From the NCBI GenBank assembly GCA_051362555.1, contig CM120641.1, positions 434,001-498,000 on the forward strand: DNA of 64,000 bases. Direction: 5' to 3'. The DNA is from Lingula anatina. Lineage: Eukaryota > Animalia > Brachiopoda. Below the pieces are notes generated by a model. That model ran no database searches. It worked only from the letters and a program-made list of their open reading frames with translations, and was not told the DNA's origin. Positions 39,326-51,089 of this stretch are shown piece after piece (within the stretch, counting starts at the first letter, position 1; the number at the start of each line of letters is the position of its first letter). Made by a program: the position numbers and the translations under genes.

Positions 39326-40492
39326 TTAGGTACCTTTTATTGCCACAGCCAGGTTACCTGTAGTTGTCAGGGAAGTCTTCGGGGTGGGGTTAGGATCAGA
39401 CTCTGAACTGCACTGCAAATAGCTTCTGGTCTCTAAACTTTGTCTTCCATGATGATTCTGTGCCTTCTTGTCCTTTATTTTCTTTTTTGTTTTGTTTTGT
39501 TTATCTTTCCCAACAGTTTTGAGACAGGTGTTCCGTATTTGCTGATTCATAAGGCCGTAGATAACTGGGTTAAGACAGGTTCCGATGTGATGGAGGACAG
39601 AAACAAAGACGTAGACATCAGCGTCTAAGTTGTTCTTTTTGTCAACTACACGCACAACACCATATATCAAATATCCTATGACAAAGATTAAAAAAGTAAC
39701 TCCGAACATTTTGGTTATTTGAATTTCACGCCGCACAGATGTTTGCACAAGATGCATGTTCCTCTGTACTCTACGAACATATATGAATATTGTTGCAAAA
39801 CATACTACAACTATTATACTCGGGATAATTATTATAACTGATATTGAGGCAAGAGTTCTTGCTGAATATGCAGAAGAAATGACACATCGTAATAACTTTG
39901 GCACATACTGTGACATTCGGGCAAAGAAAGAAGGTACTACAGCTAAGAGTGGAATGATTCTTGTCAAAAATAAGACTAATACAACATACAATGTTTTTGA
40001 CATACTTTGATAGAAATTATTCTTTACTACAACAAGGTAGCGGTGGATGGCTATCAGAGCTGAATGCCAAACAGAACAGCCACTGAGAAGAATTGAGAAC
40101 TCTGGTAGCATTTGACACCACAGATCATTAGCCAACCATGACAGTGTGATGTACGTTTGTATCACAAAGACTTGGGTGAAGACGATATTCATGACATCAT
40201 TCATGCACAAGCTCACAATAAACACATTAATAGCATTCCAAAGTTTCCTATGTTTGCAGACGATATAGGTAATCCAGAAGATTCCGAGGAGTGCCTCTAT
40301 TGAGAATGGGATCATGACCACCACAGCAATGGCTGTCGCTGTCCTGGATGGTAGAACATCGCTAGGAGGATATGTGTCGTTGATATTATTAGCACAGGCT
40401 ATCAGAGAATTGTCTGAGTATGATAAAGAGTTGTTGCCTGTCGTCTGGATTCCCGTGCAAACTGTTAAGTTATTGTTCAGATTAACCTCCAT
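39326..40492 (-). CDS. Class A (rhodopsin-like) 7TM G-protein-coupled receptor, uninterrupted CDS; melatonin-receptor-like / moody-Tre1-like orphan
   Basis: 388-aa ORF with seven hydrophobic segments and N-terminal N-glycosylation sequons (NLT, NNS, NDT). Motifs: TM2 SLCMND, TM3 Cys (LWCQ) with ECL2 Cys (LLRC), IAIHRY (DRY equivalent), TM5 Pro, TM7 NPVIY followed by helix 8 (NQQIR), and a basic Ser/Thr-rich tail. The subfamily assignment is inferred from motif style. Confidence 0.93.
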   Translation of the reverse strand: MEVNLNNNLTVCTGIQTTGNNSLSYSDNSLIACANNINDTYPPSDVLPSRTATAIAVVVMIPFSIEALLGIFWITYIVCKHRKLWNAINVFIVSLCMNDVMNIVFTQVFVIQTYITLSWLANDLWCQMLPEFSILLSGCSVWHSALIAIHRYLVVVKNNFYQSMSKTLYVVLVLFLTRIIPLLAVVPSFFARMSQYVPKLLRCVISSAYSARTLASISVIIIIPSIIVVVCFATIFIYVRRVQRNMHLVQTSVRREIQITKMFGVTFLIFVIGYLIYGVVRVVDKKNNLDADVYVFVSVLHHIGTCLNPVIYGLMNQQIRNTCLKTVGKDKQNKTKKKIKDKKAQNHHGRQSLETRSYLQCSSESDPNPTPKTSLTTTGNLAVAIKGT

Positions 40493-40651
40493 TGTATTGT
40501 CACAGTTTGTTTTTTAATAATCAATAGTATGCTGTGTGGGGTCTGTCCTTTCTATGGCAGAATGTGTATAGTTTACAGAGCCAGGTGCCAGATTATGTCG
40601 TCATGGAGACAGGAATCACCACTGGAGGCTGCAGGGGGTCTGATGCCTTCT
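40493..40651 (-). other. Putative 5' UTR portion of the GPCR exon, with a splice acceptor and a 3-codon uORF
   Basis: The minus strand reads gacatcttttcag|AGAAGG at 40652/40651. uORF ATG ACG ACA TAA spans 40604-40593. Confidence 0.4.
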
Positions 40652-40830
40652 CTGAAAAGATGTCAAATCAAGCTTGAATTATGATTTTTTTTTTTTTTTT
40701 ACAAAACTTCAGTAATTATAATCTGGATGTCTGAGAATGGAGTTACTTTAACCTCCAGTAAAAAGTTGACTTCATTAAAAAACTCCTGTAATATTTAACC
40801 TCCAAAACAGTTTTTACCAGTTGTCTTTAA

Positions 40831-41074
40831 GGGTTCATTCCCTATGAAAATATTGTGCTGCATAGTTGGATACAACTGCCCAGGGACTCTTGCTGAATGC
40901 AGTCAGATTAACAGACCTCTTTCTTGAATTGAGTAGAATACTGAAAATCTGATGATCGCAAGTACAATGGAAACAGATGGAGGCATGTTAAGCTGTTGAT
41001 CCGATTGCAATCTGCAAGAGTCCCCATGGAGTTGGATCAGTCTGTAGAATGTTAGTTTCATTGGGAGTGAATTC
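40831..41074. mobile_element. Old Harbinger-type fold-back MITE family D
   Basis: TAA|GGGTTCATTCCC...GGGAGTGAATTC|TTA. Arms GGGACTCTTGCTGAATGCAGTC / GATTGCAATCTGCAAGAGTCCC. Confidence 0.7.
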
Positions 41075-44000
41075 TTATTTTCTCAGTCAAAAAAAAGATT
41101 ATTCAGAGGGTTTCTGCCTCCTCAACTTTTGGTTTGCTCCCAAAATCAAATTGAATGATGTGATGCATGAATACTCAATTTTTTTTTCTAACCATCTGTT
41201 TTTTAAAGAGAGGAATGTATGTTTAATTTATTGACTTTTTTTTTTTTAAGAAAATGGATGTTTGAATATTTCATATCTTTCCTCTAAATTGTAACATTGC
41301 CAGATGCTGCATTATTGTCATATTTGTATGGACTTGTATGTTCACACATGCTGCTGCAAAATATCATTTTTTTTTTGTTAGCAACTAGTGCCCAAAAGTG
41401 AATTTAATTATACTTTTGTGTTATCTAGGAAAGGCATACACAGTGAAGTTAAGTTATTTAGATGCAATGTGATACATGCGTATAAATGTAAAATAAAATG
41501 ATGTATATATGGCTGACATGATTGATGAAGTTTGTATTCAGCTGCATTTTGTTAAGTGCTTTGAGTGATTTTCAAATTGGCAATCAGATTCATCTATGTA
41601 TATGTCTTTTTCAATGGTTTGTTAGAAAACAGCACTTGATCAATTGTTTCATTTCTTCTGTACATATTATTTTGATAAAATTTTGGAATATTGGAAAGTA
41701 GAATATATGATCTGGAATGCCAACAGAACAACCTGCCATCTTTGAAGAAAAGGAGGGAATGATTACTGAATAAAACTTTTTAGATGAAAAAAATGTATAT
41801 GAGTGAAATTTGTTATATAGTTTTAATTATCATTTGATTTCAAGTCAGTATGATTCTTACAGTTATGAGAAAAATATCTCCCGTAAGAAAAATGCTAAGT
41901 TTGTGAGAGTCTCTCTTTGCACTAGCTGGTAATGAAGACAACATTGTTCATTGTAGCATAATTGTTTTTAATGAAATGGTGTACCACTATGTGAATTTTG
42001 GACGATCCCGGATCCAAGCAAACATTGGTTAAAATAGAAATGTTCGACAATGAACCTGCAGTAATAATGCTAAGTATATTCGGTACACATAGCATTTAAC
42101 AAAATCACTTTATGTAATGCTTCATTGATATGATAGAATAGACAAATTGACCATAATATTGAATTCTACAGAAGGTTCAGTGAATTATCAGATTTCTGCT
42201 TAAGTCATTCACAAAGTGAACTTAAAATTAGTATTGCAAGATCAAATTGATTGGAAAACTGTTTAAAATGTCATCCACCAGATTTTGTTTAATGTCAAAG
42301 CAATTTTTCTTACAATGTTGCATTATACATGTATATTTACCAGTAATGTAATCTTGTAATTTAAGCTATGAATAATTGAAGCAAGAGATTTTACCCATTT
42401 ACACTGCATATAATCTTACACCAGAAAGTATCAAATGACTAAGAAAATAAATAAATATACATTGTTCTACACATTGTACAGATACTAGTACCTGCATGTA
42501 CATGTATGTCCTCTAGCACATCTGTTTCATAGCTGGTTTTCAAAAATGACCTTTTAAAAAAATATTGTTTCCCAGTCTCAGAATCCCAGAGGTAAACTGT
42601 CACTGTCATCACTAAAAAAGGTACATGTCTGCTCAAAAAGACCAAAGACAGTGTTAAAAATTACCATTTATATGAAATCACTGATGATTTTTCTACATGA
42701 AACTTTATGTGTCATCATGTCTGTGATCACGCAGTTATGTATATATAGCATCTTTAATTCATATTTAGACCAGTTACTCATGAACATGGTTTTTTTTTTA
42801 ACTGGTGAGATGTGCCTCAAGCTTCACATATCACCTGATGCTCAAAAACTACAAAACAAGATTCTACAAAACAAGATGTATCGATTGTTGGTTTGTTACT
42901 TCTTAAATAATTGTAAACTTGAAGAACAAATATTTAGGAAATAACCTCTTCATGGTAGAACTCTTTCTTGGTGTGGTGTCGTATTCTAACTCAAAGTCTG
43001 ATACAAACCACGAACTTGAGTGTGAAACAAGAATTAAACATCACAATTCCCCATGACTCAATCTAAGTATTGATTGCAAATTATGATAACTTCAAAGGAT
43101 TTTTAATCATTGTTCCATCCAGGTATGCCGCTATAATATCCTGTCATCACACCAGCCTAATAATTAGAATGTCGTGAAAAACAAGAAAACTTATAATATT
43201 AATACAATGAATTTCAGCAGCTGTTTTCCTGCATATAGTCATCAGTGCAGATCAGCTGGCAGTCTTACCTTGATTCTTATAGCCTATGATCTTTACCCAA
43301 GTTGTATGCTATTTCCCCCAAGCATAGTCCATCCTCACAGAAATCAATGTTCGTTATGGCTGGGAAATGACTTCCTATTCTCCTTGTTCATTTTATCCCA
43401 TAAGCCAATGAAAAGCTGAATCAACTCTACAGTAGCACTAGTACATCGTAGAGAGTGTCTTGTGGGAGATTACTTTTATGAGCCGTGGCAGCCTGCACAT
43501 ATTTGTGGTGTATTTGCCAGTATAAAGTCAGAGTGGATCAGGCTAGGAACACTTTCTGCAGAAGCGCAGGTATTGTTAGGAAGTTACACACACACACTGT
43601 GCACGTGCTGCAAACAATTTCTACATCGTAGCCTGGCTAAGGCTGACAGAACCAGAACTCAGATCCATAAATTCCTTTTTAAATATTTACTCAGTTCCTA
43701 TATCCATTGCTGAAACCACTAGAAATAAGCTGAGAAGGTTTGATTTTTTTGGATTTTTAAATAACAGCCAAGATCTGCATGGGAACATTTCTTGTAAGTG
43801 GCTACTAAGGAAAAAAGATCCGTACCATGTTTGCGTATGAGTGTGTTCTTGTGTCTTAATGTGTATATATCTGCAACAGCATAAGGCATGTGAATTAAAA
43901 CAAGATGAATGTAATATACACTTTGAGTTATGTAAACCACTCAAGCTAATGTGTATATTATTGCATTGTTTTCACAAATCTTATGCTTAAGGGATTTAAA

Positions 44001-44325
44001 AAAAGAAGGAAGACAATTTATAGATAATTTTTCAAATGGTATGATCTTAGATTTCCAAGTTATGGCCTTTCCCAAGTGTTAATAAAATAAAAATGTAGGA
44101 TATTATCAATCAGTGAAAGTAAGCTTAAGTGAGATGTCGCATATTTTCTTAGTTTGTATGAAACAACTGTAATAGGACTTCTAATTGTTTATAAAACAAA
44201 GTCATATTGGATTGACTATGTATGTCAGAATTGCGTATGAAGACAATTGTAGGGTACATAAATCTAGTGAATGATTAGACCAGGATAAAACCTGTTGGTA
44301 CTGATGAAATGAATGAAATTGGCTA

Positions 44326-46233
44326 GGGAGGGAGGGAGGGAAGGGGTGGCAATGGTTGAGGCCGTGGAGAGGGGGGGGGCAGTGGATGAGGTCTGGGAGG
44401 GGGCAGTGGATGAGGTCTGGTAGGGGGGCAGTGGATGAGGTCTGGGGAGGGCAGTGGATGAGGTCTGGGAGGGGGACAGTGGATGAGGTCTGGGAGGGGG
44501 ACAGTGGATGAGGTCTGAGAGGGGGGCCGTGGATGAGGTCTGAGAGGGGGGGGCAGCGGATGAGGTCTGGGAGGGGGGGGCAGTGGATGAGGTCTGGGAG
44601 GGGGGGCAGTGGGTGAGGTCTGGGAGGGGAGGCAGTGGATGAGGTCTGGGAGGGGGGCAGTGGATGAGGTCTGGGAGGGGGACAGTGGATGAGGTCTGAG
44701 AGGGGGGCCGTGGATGAGGTCTGAGAGGGGGGGGCAGCGGATGAGGTCTGGGAGGGGGGGCAGTGGATGAGGTCTGGGAGGGGGGGCAGTGGGTGAGGTC
44801 TGGGAGGGGAGGCAGTGGATGAGGTCTGGGAGGGGGGCAGTGGATGAGGTCTGGGAGAGGGGCAGGGGATGAGGTCTGCGAAGGGGATAGCAGATGAAGT
44901 CAGGGAGGGAGCAGTGACATAGGTCTGGGAGGGGACAGCGGATGAGGCCAGTGATCTTTGTGAGCTGGAGGGAGGGAAGGGGTGGCAATGGTTGAGGCCG
45001 TGGAGAGGGGGGGGGCAGTGGATGAGGTCTGGGAGGGGGCAGTGGATGAGGTCTGGTAGGGGGGCAGTGGATGAGGTCTGGGGAGGGCAGTGGATGAGGT
45101 CTGGGAGGGGGACAGTGGATGAGGTCTGGGAGGGGGACAGTGGATGAGGTCTGAGAGGGGGCAGTGGATGAGGTCTGAGAGGGGGGGCAGCGGATGAGGT
45201 CTGGGAGGGGGACAGTGGATGAGGTCTGAGAGGGGGGCAGTGGGTGAGGTCTGGGAGGGGAGGCAGTGGATGAGGTCTGAGAGGGGGGGCAGCGGATGAG
45301 GTCTGGGAGGGGGACAGTGGATGAGGTCTGAGAGGGGGGCCGTGGATGAGGTCTGAGAGGGGGGGGCAGCGGATGAGGTCTGGGAGGGGGGGGCAGTGGA
45401 TGAGGTCTGGGAGGGGGGGCAGTGGGTGAGGTCTGGGAGGGGAGGCAGTGGATGAGGTCTGGGAGGGGGGCAGTGGATGAGGTCTGGGAGAGGGGCAGGG
45501 GATGAGGTCTGCGAAGGGGATAGCAGATGAAGTCAGGGAGGGAGCAGTGACATAGGTCTGGGAGGGGACAGCGGATGAGGCCAGTGATCTTTGTGAGCTG
45601 GAGGGAGGGAAGGGGTGGCAATGGTTGAGGCCGTGGAGAGGGGGGGGGCAGTGGATGAGGTCTGGGAGGGGGCAGTGGATGAGGTCTGGTAGGGGGGCAG
45701 TGGATGAGGTCTGGGGAGGGCAGTGGATGAGGTCTGGGAGGGGGACAGTGGATGAGGTCTGGGAGGGGGACAGTGGATGAGGTCTGAGAGGGGGCAGTGG
45801 ATGAGGTCTGAGAGGGGGGGCAGCGGATGAGGTCTGGGAGGGGGACAGTGGATGAGGTCTGAGAGGGGGGCAGTGGGTGAGGTCTGGGAGGGGAGGCAGT
45901 GGATGAGGTCTGAGAGGGGGGGCAGCGGATGAGGTCTGGGAGGGGGACAGTGGATGAGGTCTGAGAGGGGGGCCGTGGATGAGGTCTGAGAGGGGGGGGC
46001 AGCGGATGAGGTCTGGGAGGGGGGGGCAGTGGATGAGGTCTGGGAGGGGGGGCAGTGGGTGAGGTCTGGGAGGGGAGGCAGTGGATGAGGTCTGGGAGGG
46101 GGGCAGTGGATGAGGTCTGGGAGAGGGGCAGGGGATGAGGTCTGCGAAGGGGATAGCAGATGAAGTCAGGGAGGGAGCAGTGACATAGGTCTGGGAGGGG
46201 ACAGCGGATGAGGCCAGTGATCTTTGTGAGCTG
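44326..46233. repeat. G-rich minisatellite (~22-25 bp monomer GGGGGCAGTGGATGAGGTCTGGGA) arranged as three higher-order units of 636/633/633 bp
   Basis: The diverged junction block ...GGCCAGTGATCTTTGTGAGCTG ends at 44967, 45600 and 46233. GAGGGAGGGAAGGGGTGGCAATGGTTGAGGCC starts at 44332, 44968 and 45601. Confidence 0.95.
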
Positions 46234-46901
46234 ATATCTGGGTCTGGGTACATAACAGAAAAATCCATTATTGTTTTATCAAATCTGATTGATTTACGAT
46301 TCATTCAGATTTCTTTGTAGGGGATTGTTATCCTGGTTCATAGGACCCACAAGCTTACTAGTAATTTCCTTTCACATCAATAATTGCATTTAAAAAAGCT
46401 GCATGATACTGGCAGAAGTTTAACTAGTTTGACTCTTTGACCTTCTGCACTTTTTGCCTAATCCTCAAGTTGCAAATACAACATGCAACACACTATATAC
46501 TAGAGACAAGAAACTTGAGATTTTATCTGTCTAGAAAAAGTTTTAGAAAGCTTTCAACTCCTTATAAACAATATGCCAAAAGTATAATCATCGACATAAT
46601 GTCGGGCTTGCACACTGTTTTCAATTGATTCACTACAGGTATCTTACAAGAATGCACTTAACAAGCTAAAAACACTTCTTATACAGGCAATATTCTGCCA
46701 TTGAAGCCAGCTTGTAAAGTAGGAAATAGTCTTCTTCCTATCCATCTATCCATCAGACATTGAAAGGTTTCCAGACCTTAGTTAATTATTCTCATCATGT
46801 AAAGTGCATGGTCTTGGCAAAATGATCATTTTGCTTATAGTTACAGTATTGACTGGATCATTTTCAATGGGCAAGAATTATCATCAAACTTTCAAATACA
46901 T

Positions 46902-47074
46902 CAGGCCCGTAGCCAGAAATTTCAAAAGGGGGTTCTTTTTCTGAAAAAGTGGACCTTTTTCCATAAAAGCTTCATGTACCTAGATCAAACTTTACCCAGA
47001 GTGGACCTTTTTTCTAGTAAAAGGGGTGGTTCTTTTGAACCTCCCGAACCCCCCCCCCCCTGGCTATGGGCCTG
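46902..47074. mobile_element. hAT-like MITE (CAGGCCCGTAGCCAG...CTGGCTATGGGCCTG)
   Basis: 14/15 TIR match. Flanks TACAT / AACAT suggest a 5-bp TSD with one mismatch. Confidence 0.8.
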
Positions 47075-50000
47075 AACATTATTTTATAATCACAAAAATT
47101 AAATTTTCTCTGTGGCATTTATGGTGCTTTTTATAGAACTACAGAGTAGCTTGTTTTTTCATTTTGTTGCTACCGCTCAATAGCTCTATTTTTAAGATAT
47201 TATGATGTAAAAATACAGCATCCGTAAAAATTCACAATTTACCCCCATTGAAAAGATCGAGTGATTACCATTGACATGTATTAAGAAACTATGAGTAATG
47301 TACAGTATTATCAGTTTTACCAGTACTTACATTCAGACAATGACACATATTTTTTCCCTCTAGCAAAGTAAAGTCAAAAGCTTTTACTACAGGCAGTACA
47401 TGCAGCATCAAACCAACAGGTTTGTTGAGCAATTTGTTGTTAATAAGAAGCCAAGATTTACAGGTACATGTATACTTGTATACTTGCACATGAAATCCAG
47501 GTATGTTGCAGCTGTTTGATGGGTCCTGGATGTTATTCAGGGTAGTGTGCAGAGGAAGAATTATATCCCCCCCCCCCCCCCCCCCCCGGTCAGTATCCCC
47601 TGGGGTAATAGTGGCCAGAGTAGTTATAATTGATCTTACCTGGATGTTCAGATATTAAGACGTAACAAGTGGATCTCTATAAGAACATGTAAATTAACAT
47701 TGTTGACTAATGATATGTGCACATAAATCATAGAAATGCAATAAGTGGATTTAATTTTTTTTTTCTGGAGCCCCAGTACTTACAGTTTTTCATTTATATT
47801 TACAACAGATTGTTGATAATTAAATTAATAATCAAAGTCTTAAATTGCTTTATTTTGACACAGAAGACAATACCCTGATTTTCATGTTTGTGAAAGAAAT
47901 AATTACAAATAATTAATCTTGGTGCTGATCATAGATTTTTCTATTTTCATTAGATAGAAAAACATGGTATTATTACCAACTGTCAATCCATCCTGATATA
48001 AAAGAAAGTTGGCTCATATACCAAAAAGAACTTTTGAATTTGTGACCTGTGGTCAAACATGCTTGTACAAGAACGAAAACTTTTCTATTTACCAAAATTG
48101 TCCAACTTACCAAAGTTAACAGCTGCTTTTACCTGTGTTCCTTTGTTGATAACTTCTTTAACCTTTGTAGATAACACAGGCTATGCTTCACCTGTAGTAT
48201 AATAATCAAACTTCCAGTCAGCATGGTCTCCTTCTAACTCATGATTTTCTATTACAACTACACTGTCCAGATATCTTGAAGACTGACAAGGAAAACTGGC
48301 AAATCACATCTAAGAAGCCACGAGATGATCACATTCAGTTGCAGCTCTAATTATCCTACCTTGTCGAGTGTATTTCCCTGAAGCTAGAAACTAATCAAAG
48401 AATCATCCGCGTTTCCAGGAAATTATCTTTTGTCTAGGTTAGGATGTTGATAAGAATCTGTACCTCATTTTTTCTCTGGACTTTGATTGAAAGTTTTTCT
48501 AGTTACCATTTCTGTACTTGAAACTACAATTGTAATTGACAGATTTAGTTAAACATTTTCTATTTTAAGGTATCTTGGTTGGTCATGAGTATTTTTCATT
48601 CTCATTAGAGAAAATATCAACAGGCCAGCAAGTATATAAAAAACTTGATAGTAAATCTTTATTCGCAAATCATTATCTGTAATAAATTTAATTGGGCATC
48701 ACTAAAAATTGACATGGTTTCTAATATCTGCAAGTACGGTGCCTCATAAAATTTGTAATTAATAAAACATTAGGCGAATCCATTACTTGCTTAGGTAGAT
48801 GCAGAGTCATTCATCACTTCAATGGAAGAGAAGTTCAAACTGTTTGTTGAAAACAGGAATCTCTCTCTTGATGAAGAAAGTTATTTACATTTCTCCTAAA
48901 ATATTTTGTACGTAGAAGAAAGAGGATTCAGATGATTTGAAAAGCAAAATAACGAGCCTCTGTTTTGAAGTCTTATTGTTTCTGTAGCTAATGGAGATAT
49001 TTGTTTTAATTGTCCAATTAATTCAAATCAAATGCTAATCAAATGTAAAACATGCTTACTCAATATTTTGATAAAAAATGATACATTTACTATGGCTGTG
49101 TGCAAATTTACTAATAAATCAGGAAAATAGTAAGATTTGACCTTCAAAGTCCTCAGTAAAATGAGGCAAGTGAGGACCATGCACATGTACTGTACAATAT
49201 GTTTTTCATTAAAATCAACATTAAAAGAGACTTTAATATGTCATGCATGAAGAACAATGCTCAAACCCTTTATTGTTTATTTGGGTGACACATTTTGCAA
49301 GATTTGAACTACAAACCTATTAAGTGTAAAGTCATCAAAATCAAAAAGAAAAATGATCAGTACATACCTCAAAGAGATGATGTACCTCAAAGAGATGACG
49401 TGAAATAGAATGGGATTGGAGCCAAGCAGGCTTTCATCCGCAGAGTTAAATTGGAGGATTATACAGAAAGGTTTCTCATTTAAAATGGAATAAACTCAAG
49501 GAAATAGACATGGTGTTTTGTCTACAAAGAATTATGTATGTACAAAGTGTCACAAGTCTTTTAGTCTGGCTTCTCCATTAGTCCAGGCAAACAATCCAAC
49601 ATCGTCAAAGTGCCAATGAGGCATGAAATTTAAATCAATTAACCTAACTGATTGTTTGCAGGCATAATGGCTTAATGACTGAAATCAGAGAAGCATTAGA
49701 GTTTCTAAAGAAAAATCAATGAAAAATTTGAGATATGAAAAGCTGGGTGCGTTAATCTGTTCAGCAGCCATTTGTTGAGATTGCTGTGTCAATAGACCTG
49801 GCAATCGGAACTCTTCTCGTTAGTTACGTTAAATGCTCCAGAGGCATACGCAGGGATTATCTTGCAATGTTCATATGCATATTAAAACAGAGACAATACC
49901 TACAGGGAATTAATGACTGGACTTTTGTGGTATCTTCCCTATGTGTTTGTCATATCTGTTTTATTGTGCAATTTTTTAAATTCTCTCTTATCCTTAATTC

Positions 50001-50254
50001 TACATTTCTTGGTAATATCCACACCCCTTTCATGTTGAACTCCAGGAGATAATGGAGTGAGGAGTGGGGTGTGAATGTGTTTTTCTAGGAATTTCTGATA
50101 AATTGCTTTAGTGTAAGTTATACTGTATGTATAAAAATTATTTTATTAGTTAAGCTAAAGTAGGCACAAGAACAACTTGAGACAGGAGAGAGTTGGCAGA
50201 ATATGTGATTATTGCCATTAGCACTGTATTTAATATATATATATATTTATATAT

Positions 50255-50420
50255 ATATATAAATTTGAGCTAGTGCAGGTGAATGGTTGTTTAATTCTAA
50301 ATGTAAGGCCATTTTTAAATGTTAGATGGCTCCCCTCTTTAATTAGTGGACAGGTGCCGCACCTGGGTACCTTACATTTTTGTACTCGTATTGTTGAGGT
50401 TTCCACATTTGTCCTGGAAT
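50255..50420 (-). mobile_element. Penelope-like retroelement fragment (Cys-rich linker preceding the GIY-YIG endonuclease)
   Basis: VQKCKVPRCGTCPLIKEGSHLTFKNGLTFRIKQPFTCTSSNLY matches the C-x3-RCxTC...F.I...FTC.S.NL.Y pattern of Penelope/Neptune elements. It is truncated by an (AT)n run before the GIY-YIG core. Confidence 0.7.
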
Positions 50421-50928
50421 TCATTTGTTCTAAATTTAGTTTAACTATTATTAAATAACTAAAAAAAAAGGAATTGGCAAACAAGAAAAAACTGTCTTGA
50501 AAGAAGTCAAAGTCAAAGGGAGGAAACCTTGGAAGTTACCAGTTGCCTGTTCAACCTTTTGTGCCCTTATTTCCTCATGAGTAATTTCTGGTGGCTGGAG
50601 TAATTACAACATATTAAACTAAACCAGCAGAGATCTCTCCTAGCTGTCCCAGTAATGAAGATTTAAATCACTTTCACCTTGAAGAGATTTTCTGGTGGTA
50701 ATTTAGTGTGGTATCCATACTCCACAACATTTATATATGTTTTATTTTCTGACACTAGGGAACTTGCCCACACATTCACATATGATGAAAATATGTCCTG
50801 TCCTTTGTAACATTCAGAATTGCTGTTTTCTTTGATCTGTGATACAGACAGATGGACCATACAATGTGGAAATGGTCCATGTAGACAAATAAATATGCAT
50901 GTACCAAACATACACACTCTAGTAATAT

Positions 50929-51089
50929 GGGGCCATAGCAATGGTGTCCAATGGTTCAATGGTCTGACATTTCATTGGTCCAAATGTTCACTATAGAATC
51001 TTCGGAGGAACGAACCCTTGATTAAAAAAACGATGAAAAGGTTTACCATTTTTTGGACCAATGAACTTTTGGACCAGCGAGACGCCCCC
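50929..51089 (-). mobile_element. Small non-autonomous DNA transposon with 8-bp TSD and internal ~15-bp GGTTCATTGGTCCGAA-type repeats
   Basis: AGTAATAT at 50921-50928 and 51090-51097; GGGG...CCCC ends; reverse-complement homologue of 53665-53807. Confidence 0.8.

Noticed and set aside
39326-40492. Opsin identity for the GPCR
   Set aside because: No Schiff-base lysine in TM7 (His at 7.43).
43269-43700. Possible first exon or promoter of the GPCR (donor AAG|GTAAGA at 43269/43268)
   Set aside because: A single donor motif is insufficient without transcript data.
44202-46304. 700-aa and 432-aa Pro-rich ORFs
   Set aside because: The C-rich strand of the monomer has no stop codon in any frame. 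Variable monomer lengths make the peptide drift between three registers (PRPHPL / PDLIHC / SQTSS), unlike a selected coding repeat. Unit lengths divisible by 3 (636, 633) can easily be chance.
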